Of a DNA stretch of 64,000 nt, positions 1 through 7,893 are shown piece after piece. Position numbers and translations under genes: made by a program. The stretch is from contig CAZFNI010000002.1 in NCBI GenBank assembly GCA_964520655.1, forward strand, positions 128,770 to 192,769, in the 5' to 3' direction. Below the pieces are notes generated by a model, which was not told where the DNA came from, ran no database searches, and worked only from the letters and a program-made list of their open reading frames with translations. The stretch's first letter is position 1, and each line of letters opens with the position of its first letter. The stretch comes from an uncultured Planctomycetales bacterium. GTDB taxonomy: Bacteria > Omnitrophota > Gorgyraeia > Zapsychrales > Fredricksoniimonadaceae.

Positions 1-1076
1 GTCCCAATTTCCGCTTTTAAAGACGATAAAAACGCTGACCGAGGATCTCTTGATCCATCAGCTAAAAATGAAAAATGTTCCATTGGCCCGTCTTTTTCTT
101 TCATAACATGCAAAGAATATTGAAAAGCAATTCGTTGATACGGCCTCGTTCCATCATAAAGTGGTATGGCCGGATTAAAGGTTTCAAAATCAAGATAATA
201 TAAAGGATATTTTAAAGTCCGAAGAAACGATTTTATTTCCTCATGATCAGCATGGACGCTGTTCTGCTTGATCGTGTGTCTTTGAATTTGCTGTTTATCC
301 GTCAGTTTATAATCCGCTGGTATTTCTTCTATGGTTTTAATTCCTTGCTGTAATAATTCAAACTTTTTCTCCTTCCCTAGCCAATACAGATTAAAAATAT
401 TTCTCTGGGGCAAAAAAGACCAGCATTGATCTTTTAACGGACACTCATATGGCTCTAAACACTGCATCCCGATTGACACATCCGGGCAGTTCTTTTGCGC
501 AATGGTGCGAAACATCTCCTCAATTCTTGCGGGAATCTGATTAGAAATAGCATTAACTTGATCTGAAATATCCTCGATAAGAAATAATTCGTTTAAATCC
601 AACTCCCCATCCCTCACATATTCATTATTAAGATGTATCAAATGACATTTTCGAATTTTTTGTCCGGCTTTCTCACAACAATATTTTTGGAACGCCACAT
701 CCAGAATATGCTCATCTTTAACACTCGTTGTGCTTTTAACTTCAACGATGTCCCAGAAATAATGATTGACCGGGTTTAAGATGTCAATTCGTGAATACAG
801 CTCATTAGCTAGAATACTGGCTTCAAATAATGGCTTTCTCTGCAAAAGCAAATTCTCTGTCTCAGAAATACTTTCCTTAAAATTGTTGTATGGAATATTT
901 ATCCCTTGCGAGAACATTTTTTTTGCCAATTCGCCAACCTCGTGGCCTTGGTCAAAAACAAATTTCGTTTCGGGATCAGTCGGTGGGATTTTTGATTTAT
1001 CGTTGAATGATATCCAGAGGTATTTATGACATTGTAGTCCGGTGAGATATTTGGATTTGGTGAGTAAAGTGCCCAT
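1..1076 (-). CDS. DUF2779-family protein with N-terminal PD-(D/E)xK (Cas4/RecB-like) nuclease-like region and Cys cluster; 3' end cut by window edge
   Basis: Not in the ORF track because it runs off position 1; found by manual minus-strand translation. Start is an ATG whose complement lies at 1074-1076. Translation: MGTLLTKSKYLTGLQCHKYLW...DIVEVKS...CPDVSIGMQCLEPYECPLKDQC...YPLYYLDFETFNPAIPLYDGTRPYQRIAFQYSLH. The YYLDFET and P(Y/F)QxxFQYSLH motifs are the hallmark of DUF2779. It begins 17 bp after the gajB-like stop, on the same strand. Confidence 0.6.
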   Translation of the reverse strand, partial: MGTLLTKSKYLTGLQCHKYLWISFNDKSKIPPTDPETKFVFDQGHEVGELAKKMFSQGINIPYNNFKESISETENLLLQRKPLFEASILANELYSRIDILNPVNHYFWDIVEVKSTTSVKDEHILDVAFQKYCCEKAGQKIRKCHLIHLNNEYVRDGELDLNELFLIEDISDQVNAISNQIPARIEEMFRTIAQKNCPDVSIGMQCLEPYECPLKDQCWSFLPQRNIFNLYWLGKEKKFELLQQGIKTIEEIPADYKLTDKQQIQRHTIKQNSVHADHEEIKSFLRTLKYPLYYLDFETFNPAIPLYDGTRPYQRIAFQYSLHVMKEKDGPMEHFSFLADGSRDPRSAFLSSLKAEIG

Positions 1077-1092
1077 GTTAAACAATTCATTA

Positions 1093-2208
1093 TCAATTTT
1101 GGACTATAAGTCTATTATCCACATATTCTATAATTCCATCGATATTTTCATCATCCGCGTAATTATAAACAATCCCCACACTGTATTTCGCTCTTGTGAC
1201 TGCAACATAAAACTTGCTCCGACTCGTTGGCGCTAATTCTGACCCATTATTCTTAATCCAATTCATAATAGGCTTTGTTGGATAAATCAAAACACGCTCA
1301 AAAGTGGATCCCTTGGAATTTCCATAATTAATAATGGCACATTGTTTTTTAGTACGTGTTTCTTTGATGCTGTCGCGCAACTGAACACAGCAAGAATACT
1401 CGGCGAAATAACTATCAATATCGTCCTCACGGACAAAAAAGACCCCATCGTGATTTGTAGAAATGTTCTGACCAGAATTTGTTGGCGCATGATCAGGAAA
1501 TATTTTGTTAGCAAAATCACATATTTTCTGATTGCTCCTGTAATTTATTGTCAAAGAGTCACGGTCGATCTCGAGATTCTTTTGAATCTTGCTATCATCA
1601 AAGAAATAAACAATTTGAGACTTCTTAAATTGCTTATTTTTTGAAGAATTGTTTGTTGAGTAAGTTCCCTGCCTCGGGTCTCCAACCAACACAATTCTGG
1701 ATGAAGAAGCAAAAAGTAATTTCAAAAGCTCCAAATCATACCCGGCTAAATCTTGGACTTCGTCTATAAAAATATATGGATAGATTCTCGTCAATCTATT
1801 AATGACGTCGCCATTATTTTGTTTATCGCATTTTAAAACGAACTTTGAAAGCTTGTCTGAATATATTCTATAATTATGATCAAAATAATATTTTTCTACT
1901 TCTGATTCCCTTGTAAATTTCTTTGACTGTCCACTTACGAGCGATAACCCATTTACTCGTCCTTCGAATATGCCACCTTGATATGGCCTAACGCCATGTT
2001 CTAATAGGAAAGAAAACCACGTCTGGATAGTGACATTCGCGGGTACACTACCGCTTTCAAAAATAAACTTCCCTCTGATCTCTTCCTCGTTCGCTTCGGT
2101 AAAAGTAGTAACAAGAACATTCTTATCCTTAACCTTCAAGGCCTCTTTTACCAAATAAGTTGTTTTGCCCGAACCTGCGGCGGCAATCACCAATTTATTC
2201 TTGCACAT
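1093..2208 (-). CDS. gajB: Gabija GajB-like UvrD/PcrA-type SF1 helicase (compact, 371 aa)
   Basis: Walker A AAAGSGKTT at the N-terminus, DExx box IFIDEVQDL, motif VI VAVTRAKYSV; overlaps the upstream OLD-family gene by 14 nt. Confidence 0.55.
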   Translation of the reverse strand: MCKNKLVIAAAGSGKTTYLVKEALKVKDKNVLVTTFTEANEEEIRGKFIFESGSVPANVTIQTWFSFLLEHGVRPYQGGIFEGRVNGLSLVSGQSKKFTRESEVEKYYFDHNYRIYSDKLSKFVLKCDKQNNGDVINRLTRIYPYIFIDEVQDLAGYDLELLKLLFASSSRIVLVGDPRQGTYSTNNSSKNKQFKKSQIVYFFDDSKIQKNLEIDRDSLTINYRSNQKICDFANKIFPDHAPTNSGQNISTNHDGVFFVREDDIDSYFAEYSCCVQLRDSIKETRTKKQCAIINYGNSKGSTFERVLIYPTKPIMNWIKNNGSELAPTSRSKFYVAVTRAKYSVGIVYNYADDENIDGIIEYVDNRLIVQN

Positions 2209-3850
2209 ACTCCCACTCTATTGCGTCTAAAATATACTGGGGTAATTTCACATCTTCGTTCGTATCAAATATTCTTAAAGCACAATCCGTTTTATTAGTC
2301 ACCATGTAATTGCTTATCGCGGACTGATCAGGATATTTTGTTTCATCAATATTTAAGGCACCTCTCAGGACAGCCAATTGTTCTTTATTAGCCTCGACTA
2401 TTTGAGGCTCTAAAGTCTTAAGGTCATTTCTTTGATCTGTACAAATTTTTATTGTTGGAGAATTTACATATTGCTGATATTTCTGTGTAACGTTTTTGTC
2501 AAAAGCCCCGTCATTGTCCGTCACAACTACTACGGGCTTTCTTATCTTTTCAGCAATTTCTAAGAATCTCAAAAATGATGTTCCCACAGAGATAACGTCC
2601 ACTTCATCTTCAATGGGTAAATTTCTTTTACTTTTTAAATATGCTTTTTGAACAATTAATTCATCTGAAGGCCCTTCAACAAGGATCGCTTTCCTGCATA
2701 AAATTAACCTCAACGTATCGTATCCGGCGAGTTTCTCGAAATACTGCTTCGTTTTCTCATCTAAATCCGTAATCCGAACTTCATTTCGTTTTAATGTCAC
2801 TCTGTCAAAATTAAGCAAAATTAAGCTCCCTAGCCCAAGTTTATTTGCCACAAAACTGCTATGCGTGGAAACCATAATTTGCTTTCCTTCATGTCCATCT
2901 TTGAGATGTTTAATCAATTTATTCAGTTTTGAATGAGATAGATGATTTTCTGGTTCCTCAAGCAACAAAATATTGGCTTCTTGTGATTTTTTGTGACTGA
3001 GGGCAAGCCTTGTCTTAACCAAGCACTGCTCCCCTCTACCCGCGTAATTAAAGGGAATTTCATCTAAATAGGTTGTTAAGCTTGTTTCCCAAGCTGTTTT
3101 TGTCGACACATCGACCGACAATTCTACTTTTTTATCAGATATCTGTTTTTGTTCTAACTCTTTATTTATTTCTTTTACAGCGGCGTCATCTGCGAAAGAA
3201 TCTTTTAGCCTTCTATGTGCCTGGGATATTTTTACTTTATGTTCGTCGGAAAGAAGATCACGAATAATGCGAGAAATATAAACATCTGATCCATTCTGAT
3301 AGCGACTATTGGAGGAATCAATTAGTGCGGATTTGAATGGTATCGTTCTTGGAGTCAACCTATCGTCACGGGCAAAAGAAGACCATGAAAAATCATAATA
3401 TTCTATAGGAAGCGAACTTATTTTGTCTCCGCCATCTACTAAGATTTTATATTCATTCTGATATTTTTCGTTGAAAAACATCTTGAATCGAACCCCACAT
3501 TCTTTTTCCTTTATGCTATTTCCGTTTCCTTCAAAAAGCGCCTTAATTGAATCATCTTCAATTTCAAAAAATAATTCGATCTGAATGTGCGGAGGTTGCA
3601 AGCGATTGCTAGTCGCTAAACTATCTAAATAATTTCTTATAACTTTATTGTTGAACAAAGATTGTGTTAGTTCGGTACCCACATATTTGCCATAAATCCA
3701 GCCGGAAAGAGCCAAATGGATCGCTTCCAAAATAGTAGATTTACCCGCTTCATTATCGCCAACTAAAATATTAAGATGCTTGTTAAGCTCTAGACAGAAT
3801 TTGCCTTCAAAGCATTTAAAATTTTCGATAATAATTTTCTTTATGTGCAT
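2195..3850 (-). CDS. gajA: Gabija GajA-like OLD-family ATPase with C-terminal Toprim nuclease domain
   Basis: N-terminal ABC/AAA ATPase typical of OLD family (IIIENFKCF...LVGDNEAGKST); C-terminal Toprim motifs ILVEGPSDE and VVVTDNDG; a class-2 OLD gene immediately followed by a UvrD-like helicase is the Gabija architecture. Confidence 0.6.
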   Translation of the reverse strand: MHIKKIIIENFKCFEGKFCLELNKHLNILVGDNEAGKSTILEAIHLALSGWIYGKYVGTELTQSLFNNKVIRNYLDSLATSNRLQPPHIQIELFFEIEDDSIKALFEGNGNSIKEKECGVRFKMFFNEKYQNEYKILVDGGDKISSLPIEYYDFSWSSFARDDRLTPRTIPFKSALIDSSNSRYQNGSDVYISRIIRDLLSDEHKVKISQAHRRLKDSFADDAAVKEINKELEQKQISDKKVELSVDVSTKTAWETSLTTYLDEIPFNYAGRGEQCLVKTRLALSHKKSQEANILLLEEPENHLSHSKLNKLIKHLKDGHEGKQIMVSTHSSFVANKLGLGSLILLNFDRVTLKRNEVRITDLDEKTKQYFEKLAGYDTLRLILCRKAILVEGPSDELIVQKAYLKSKRNLPIEDEVDVISVGTSFLRFLEIAEKIRKPVVVVTDNDGAFDKNVTQKYQQYVNSPTIKICTDQRNDLKTLEPQIVEANKEQLAVLRGALNIDETKYPDQSAISNYMVTNKTDCALRIFDTNEDVKLPQYILDAIEWEYVQE

Positions 3851-3985
3851 ATTTTATCCTGCAAGCTCGCCGCGGAAGGCTTTGGCTAAATAGCCAATCG
3901 GCCTTATAGTTTTTATACTGCCACTAGTTAACAGAACGTGATCAATTTGTTAGAATAGGGCTCGTAACCGAAAGGAGCCTTATTC

Positions 3986-4261
3986 ATGAAATACCGACAA
4001 TGGACCAGCAAACAAAAATCACAGATCGTACTTGAGGGCCTCTCCGGACAGATCGACATCACCAAACTATGCCAGAAATACCAAGTCTCGCAAGCGCAGT
4101 ATTACAAATGGCGCGACGCTTTCCTGGTCAACTGCCACCAGTCCTTTGAAGTCAAAAAACAGTCACAAAAAGAACAATATCTGGAAGGCAAAGTTCAAAA
4201 ACTGACCAAGATTATCGGAGATCTGACCATTGAGTTAAAAAAAAGCGAATACGAGCTATGA
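3986..4261 (+). CDS. IS3-family transposase OrfA (HTH)
   Basis: 91 aa; MKYRQWTSKQKSQIV...YYKWRDAF is typical of IS3/IS911 OrfA; its TGA overlaps the ATG of orfB (ATGA). Confidence 0.85.
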   Translation: MKYRQWTSKQKSQIVLEGLSGQIDITKLCQKYQVSQAQYYKWRDAFLVNCHQSFEVKKQSQKEQYLEGKVQKLTKIIGDLTIELKKSEYEL

Positions 4262-5046
4262 AACGAACCCGCGCCCAATCAACCATACAAAGAGACCTGG
4301 AACTGCTGGCCGTCATCAATCCGATCAAAACCGACCATCCCCTCTGGGGGTATCGTCGTGTCTGGGCGTATTTAAAATACCGCCAGAATTATTCCGTCGC
4401 CATTAATCGCGTGTATCGTATTATGAAAGAGCATCAAATGATCGTCACCAAACTTCAACGGTTACGCGCTCGACGCGGCCCCATGCGCTCAAAGCCACGA
4501 TCACATCAGCCCAACCACTTTTGGGGTATCGACATGACCAAGATAAAAATCTATCCCTGGGGCTGGCTGTATCTGTGTATCGTTCTCGATTGGTGCACCA
4601 AAGAAATCGTTGGTTATTCGTTAAGCATTCAGTCCAAAACCGATGACTGGTTATCAGCCGTTGAAATGGCCGTCAATAACCGATTCCCTAACGGCATCAA
4701 ATCCGATTTAAAAAAACAGTTGTTCTTGATCTCAGATAACGGCTGTCAGCCGACATCCCAGCGGTTCATGATGAACTGTTCGCTTTTGGGCATCAAACAA
4801 ATCTTTACAACTTGGTCTAATCCCAAAGGCAATTCCGACACCGAACGCGTCATGCGAACACTCAAAGAGGACCTGGTCTGGACCTATGACTGGGATAATC
4901 CCTTCGCCTTCAGCGAAGCCTTGAGAAACTGGATCGTCGCTTACAATACCGACTATCCCCATCAGTCCTTAAATAACATGACGCCGACGCAGTATTACGA
5001 ACAATTTAACAAAGAACCCGTTCTAACAAATTTTTCCCTTGCTTAA
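4258..5046 (+). CDS. IS3-family transposase OrfB (DDE integrase core)
   Basis: 262 aa; rve-type integrase catalytic core (WGIDMTKI..., LISDNGCQPTS, ...E). Confidence 0.85.
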   Translation: MKRTRAQSTIQRDLELLAVINPIKTDHPLWGYRRVWAYLKYRQNYSVAINRVYRIMKEHQMIVTKLQRLRARRGPMRSKPRSHQPNHFWGIDMTKIKIYPWGWLYLCIVLDWCTKEIVGYSLSIQSKTDDWLSAVEMAVNNRFPNGIKSDLKKQLFLISDNGCQPTSQRFMMNCSLLGIKQIFTTWSNPKGNSDTERVMRTLKEDLVWTYDWDNPFAFSEALRNWIVAYNTDYPHQSLNNMTPTQYYEQFNKEPVLTNFSLA

Positions 5047-5063
5047 GTAGTGGCATTACATTT

Positions 5064-6542
5064 TTACTTCCTCAATTTCTCAATAATCCCCTTAAAACTT
5101 TCCAACCCTGCTTCGATATTCTCAATAATCTCAACCGCAAGTACATCTGGATCGGGGAGATTGTCGAGATCAGTTAAGCTTTTATCCTTAAGCCAGAAAA
5201 TATCGAGGCTGGTCTTATCCCGGGCGACGATCTGGTCATAATTAAACTTACGCCAACGGCCTTCGGGATTTTTCTCCGACCATGTTTCCTTACGCTTGTG
5301 GCGGTTGGCTGGGTTATAACACTCACTGAACTCTTTAAGATCTTCAAACTTCAATGTATTCTTCTTAAGTGTGAAATGTATATTCGTCCGGAAGTCGTAA
5401 ATCCACACTTCTTTGGTTTGCGCGTTCTTGCTTGCTGGCCGATTATCAAAAAAAATGACATTTGCTTTCACTCCCGGCTTATAAAAAATCCCCGTCGGTA
5501 AGCGTAGAATGGTATGCAGGTCAGTTGTTTCTAAAAGCTTCTTACGCACGGTCTCACCCGCACCTCCCTCAAAAAGAACGTTATCGGGCACAACAACCCC
5601 AGCCTTACCATCAACTTTAAGCATGGTGTGGATATGCTGGACAAAATTGAGTTGCTTATTTGAAGTTGTCGCCCAAAAATCCTGACGATTATAGACAAGA
5701 TCTTCAGATTCTTCTTCACCTTCCTCATTAGTAAAGGTCATACTGCTTTTTTTACCAAATGGCGGATTCGTTAAAACATAGTCAAATCGCAGACCATTGT
5801 CCGCAATTAAGGCATCTGATCGCTCAACCGGTGGTAAATTGTCAAGATCGCCTATGTTATGCAAAAATAAATTCATCAAACACAAACGTGCTGTACTCTG
5901 TACAATCTCCCATCCTTTAAAAGTCTTAAATTTTAAGAATTGAAGTTCTTCTTTATTAAGTTGATAGTTATTTTTATTGGTAATGAAGTCGTAGACCGCA
6001 AGAAAAAAACCACCCGTTCCACATGCTGGATCAGCAATCATCTTTTCAGGTTCGGGGCGCATACATTCAACAATGGCTCGAATCAATGCACGAGGAGTAA
6101 AATACTGCCCTGCACCGCTTTTTGTATCCTCAGCATTTTTCTCAAGCAAACCTTCATAAATATCACCTTTAATATCTGCCCCTATCTTGACCCACATTTC
6201 TTGATCAATCATCTGGACAATACGGTAAAGCTTTGCTGGGTCGGTAATTTTATTTTGTGACTTAAAGAAAATCTTGCCGAGCATTCCGCTTTTCTGACCA
6301 AATTCACGTAAAAGCGTGACATAGTGCGTCTCAAGTTCTGCCCCACGCTTGCTGACCAATGTTTCCCAGCGATATTCCTTAGGAATATCCATTTTGCGAT
6401 TATAAGGCGGCTTTGAATATTCATCAGCCATCTTAAGAAACAACAAATATGTCAATTGCTCCAAATAATCGCCATATCCCACGCCATCATCTTTAAGCAC
6501 ATTACAAAACGACCAAACTTTTGATACCAATGCCTCAGTCAT
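5064..6542 (-). CDS. hsdM: Type I restriction-modification N6-adenine DNA methyltransferase subunit
   Basis: HsdM N-terminal domain (VWSFCNVLKDDGVGYGDYLEQLTYLLFLKMADE) and NPPFG catalytic motif; overlaps hsdS by 8 nt. Confidence 0.9.
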   Translation of the reverse strand: MTEALVSKVWSFCNVLKDDGVGYGDYLEQLTYLLFLKMADEYSKPPYNRKMDIPKEYRWETLVSKRGAELETHYVTLLREFGQKSGMLGKIFFKSQNKITDPAKLYRIVQMIDQEMWVKIGADIKGDIYEGLLEKNAEDTKSGAGQYFTPRALIRAIVECMRPEPEKMIADPACGTGGFFLAVYDFITNKNNYQLNKEELQFLKFKTFKGWEIVQSTARLCLMNLFLHNIGDLDNLPPVERSDALIADNGLRFDYVLTNPPFGKKSSMTFTNEEGEEESEDLVYNRQDFWATTSNKQLNFVQHIHTMLKVDGKAGVVVPDNVLFEGGAGETVRKKLLETTDLHTILRLPTGIFYKPGVKANVIFFDNRPASKNAQTKEVWIYDFRTNIHFTLKKNTLKFEDLKEFSECYNPANRHKRKETWSEKNPEGRWRKFNYDQIVARDKTSLDIFWLKDKSLTDLDNLPDPDVLAVEIIENIEAGLESFKGIIEKLRK

Positions 6543-7893
6543 GCTTCTTTTTTCCTTTCGACTTAACCTCTAAAGCTTCTTTTTCAGCTTTTATCCTTTG
6601 GAGCAAGGCCTTGGCTGAATTATCACCGGATGTTAAATTTTTGTGTTCTTTACGCCATTGCTCCGTTAAGTTGCCTTCAAATGCCTTCTTTAAAACACTC
6701 TGTCGAAGGACTTCGGCTTTTTGTATACTTTCATTAATGGTTAATTCAAGAGAATCGCAAAACGAAAAACGAGATTCTACATCCTCAACTATTTTTAACT
6801 GATCTTCCAAAGAACAAAAAGGAATTAGCAGATCTTTAATCTCTTCAGAATTAATATTATGAACTCCACTTGTCGATTTCGCTTTGCCTTCAATCTGATT
6901 CCTTAATTGTGGCGAAGATAGAATATACTGTAAATAATAGCTATTCAGATTTGATTTTAGCCTAAGCCGTATTAGATAACCTGCATACAGAGCATGAGTA
7001 TCTTTCTTGGTTACAATAGCTGTTTTACCTACGAGAGAAACACTGCCGTTAGAACGAATCATCAGCAAATCGCCTTCTATAAGTGAATATTTATTCACTT
7101 CATCATTAGTAAAATAAGCATACTTTAAATCAGACAGGTCAATATATTGACTCCCAATATTCGGTATTCTTAAAACAGCTTTCCCGATAGAATCTTTTCT
7201 ACATTTACGTGCCGTCCCATATTTAGGTTGTTCAATAAAATTTCCAAATTTTACAAAATCCTTCCCTATTGCTATTTGGTTTAACACCGAATAACGATAA
7301 ACTTTCAACTGCTCTTTAGCTTTTTTAAAATTTTCGATGGCGTTGTCGAGATCGGAAAAAAATTCTTCGATTACAGAAATTATGCGTTCTTGCTCGGCTG
7401 TAGGGGCAATTAATATTGGAATCACATTTACTTTTGATAAAGGGATTGAGGGCAAGGTGGTAGCATGAGCAATGTGATTGAAGTCAACTGTCTTAAGCCA
7501 ATAATATATCCAGTCACTTAAAATACCATCGTAGGGCATGGCAATTGCGATATGACTGACAACATACATATCCGTCTTTAATACTGCTCTTTGATTTAAT
7601 AGGCTTGATGCACCACTTTTAGTAAATAGAACCGTCCCCTTTGGAAAAAGTTTCATTCTTTCAATAGCACTATGATTAATGCGATCAGCTGTATCCATAA
7701 TATATTTACTTATCCCTAATCGCCCCATATCTTGGACACGGACAAAAGGATATGTGCCGTTATCGAAAAATTGATTTCCTTGAGGAGCAGGATTACCTGC
7801 ACCCAATTTTGTAATATTTCCAAGAGGAGCTTGTGCCCAATTTTCAGGAAGCATACTTCGATCATCTAATAAAACTGTTGAATTCTTTTTCAA
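6535..7893 (-). CDS. hsdS: Type I restriction-modification specificity subunit with two target-recognition domains
   Basis: 452 aa with two TRD-like halves separated by a coiled-coil conserved region; sits between hsdR and hsdM with 4-8 nt overlaps. Confidence 0.85.
   Translation of the reverse strand: MKKNSTVLLDDRSMLPENWAQAPLGNITKLGAGNPAPQGNQFFDNGTYPFVRVQDMGRLGISKYIMDTADRINHSAIERMKLFPKGTVLFTKSGASSLLNQRAVLKTDMYVVSHIAIAMPYDGILSDWIYYWLKTVDFNHIAHATTLPSIPLSKVNVIPILIAPTAEQERIISVIEEFFSDLDNAIENFKKAKEQLKVYRYSVLNQIAIGKDFVKFGNFIEQPKYGTARKCRKDSIGKAVLRIPNIGSQYIDLSDLKYAYFTNDEVNKYSLIEGDLLMIRSNGSVSLVGKTAIVTKKDTHALYAGYLIRLRLKSNLNSYYLQYILSSPQLRNQIEGKAKSTSGVHNINSEEIKDLLIPFCSLEDQLKIVEDVESRFSFCDSLELTINESIQKAEVLRQSVLKKAFEGNLTEQWRKEHKNLTSGDNSAKALLQRIKAEKEALEVKSKGKKKHD

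Larger units (their letters stand above)
3919..5055 (+). mobile_element. IS3-family insertion sequence (~1.14 kb) with imperfect terminal inverted repeats
   Basis: Left end TGCCACTAGTTAACAG...AATTTGTTAGAA (from 3919) matches the reverse complement of the right end ...TTCTAACAAATTT...CTTAAGTAGTGGCA (to 5055). Both ends are TG...CA. It carries orfA/orfB with an A8G slippery run (4236-4247) and orfB in the -1 frame, typical of IS3 programmed frameshifting. Confidence 0.8.

Noticed and set aside
766-1096. ORF-track frames 766..1029(+) and 899..1096(-)
   Set aside because: Low-complexity translations with no motifs. Both are overlapped by a much more convincing minus-strand frame (DUF2779 protein) that the ORF track missed only because it runs off the window edge.
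4732-4962. 76-aa antisense ORF inside IS3 orfB
   Set aside because: Embedded opposite a well-supported transposase gene; no RBS or motif.
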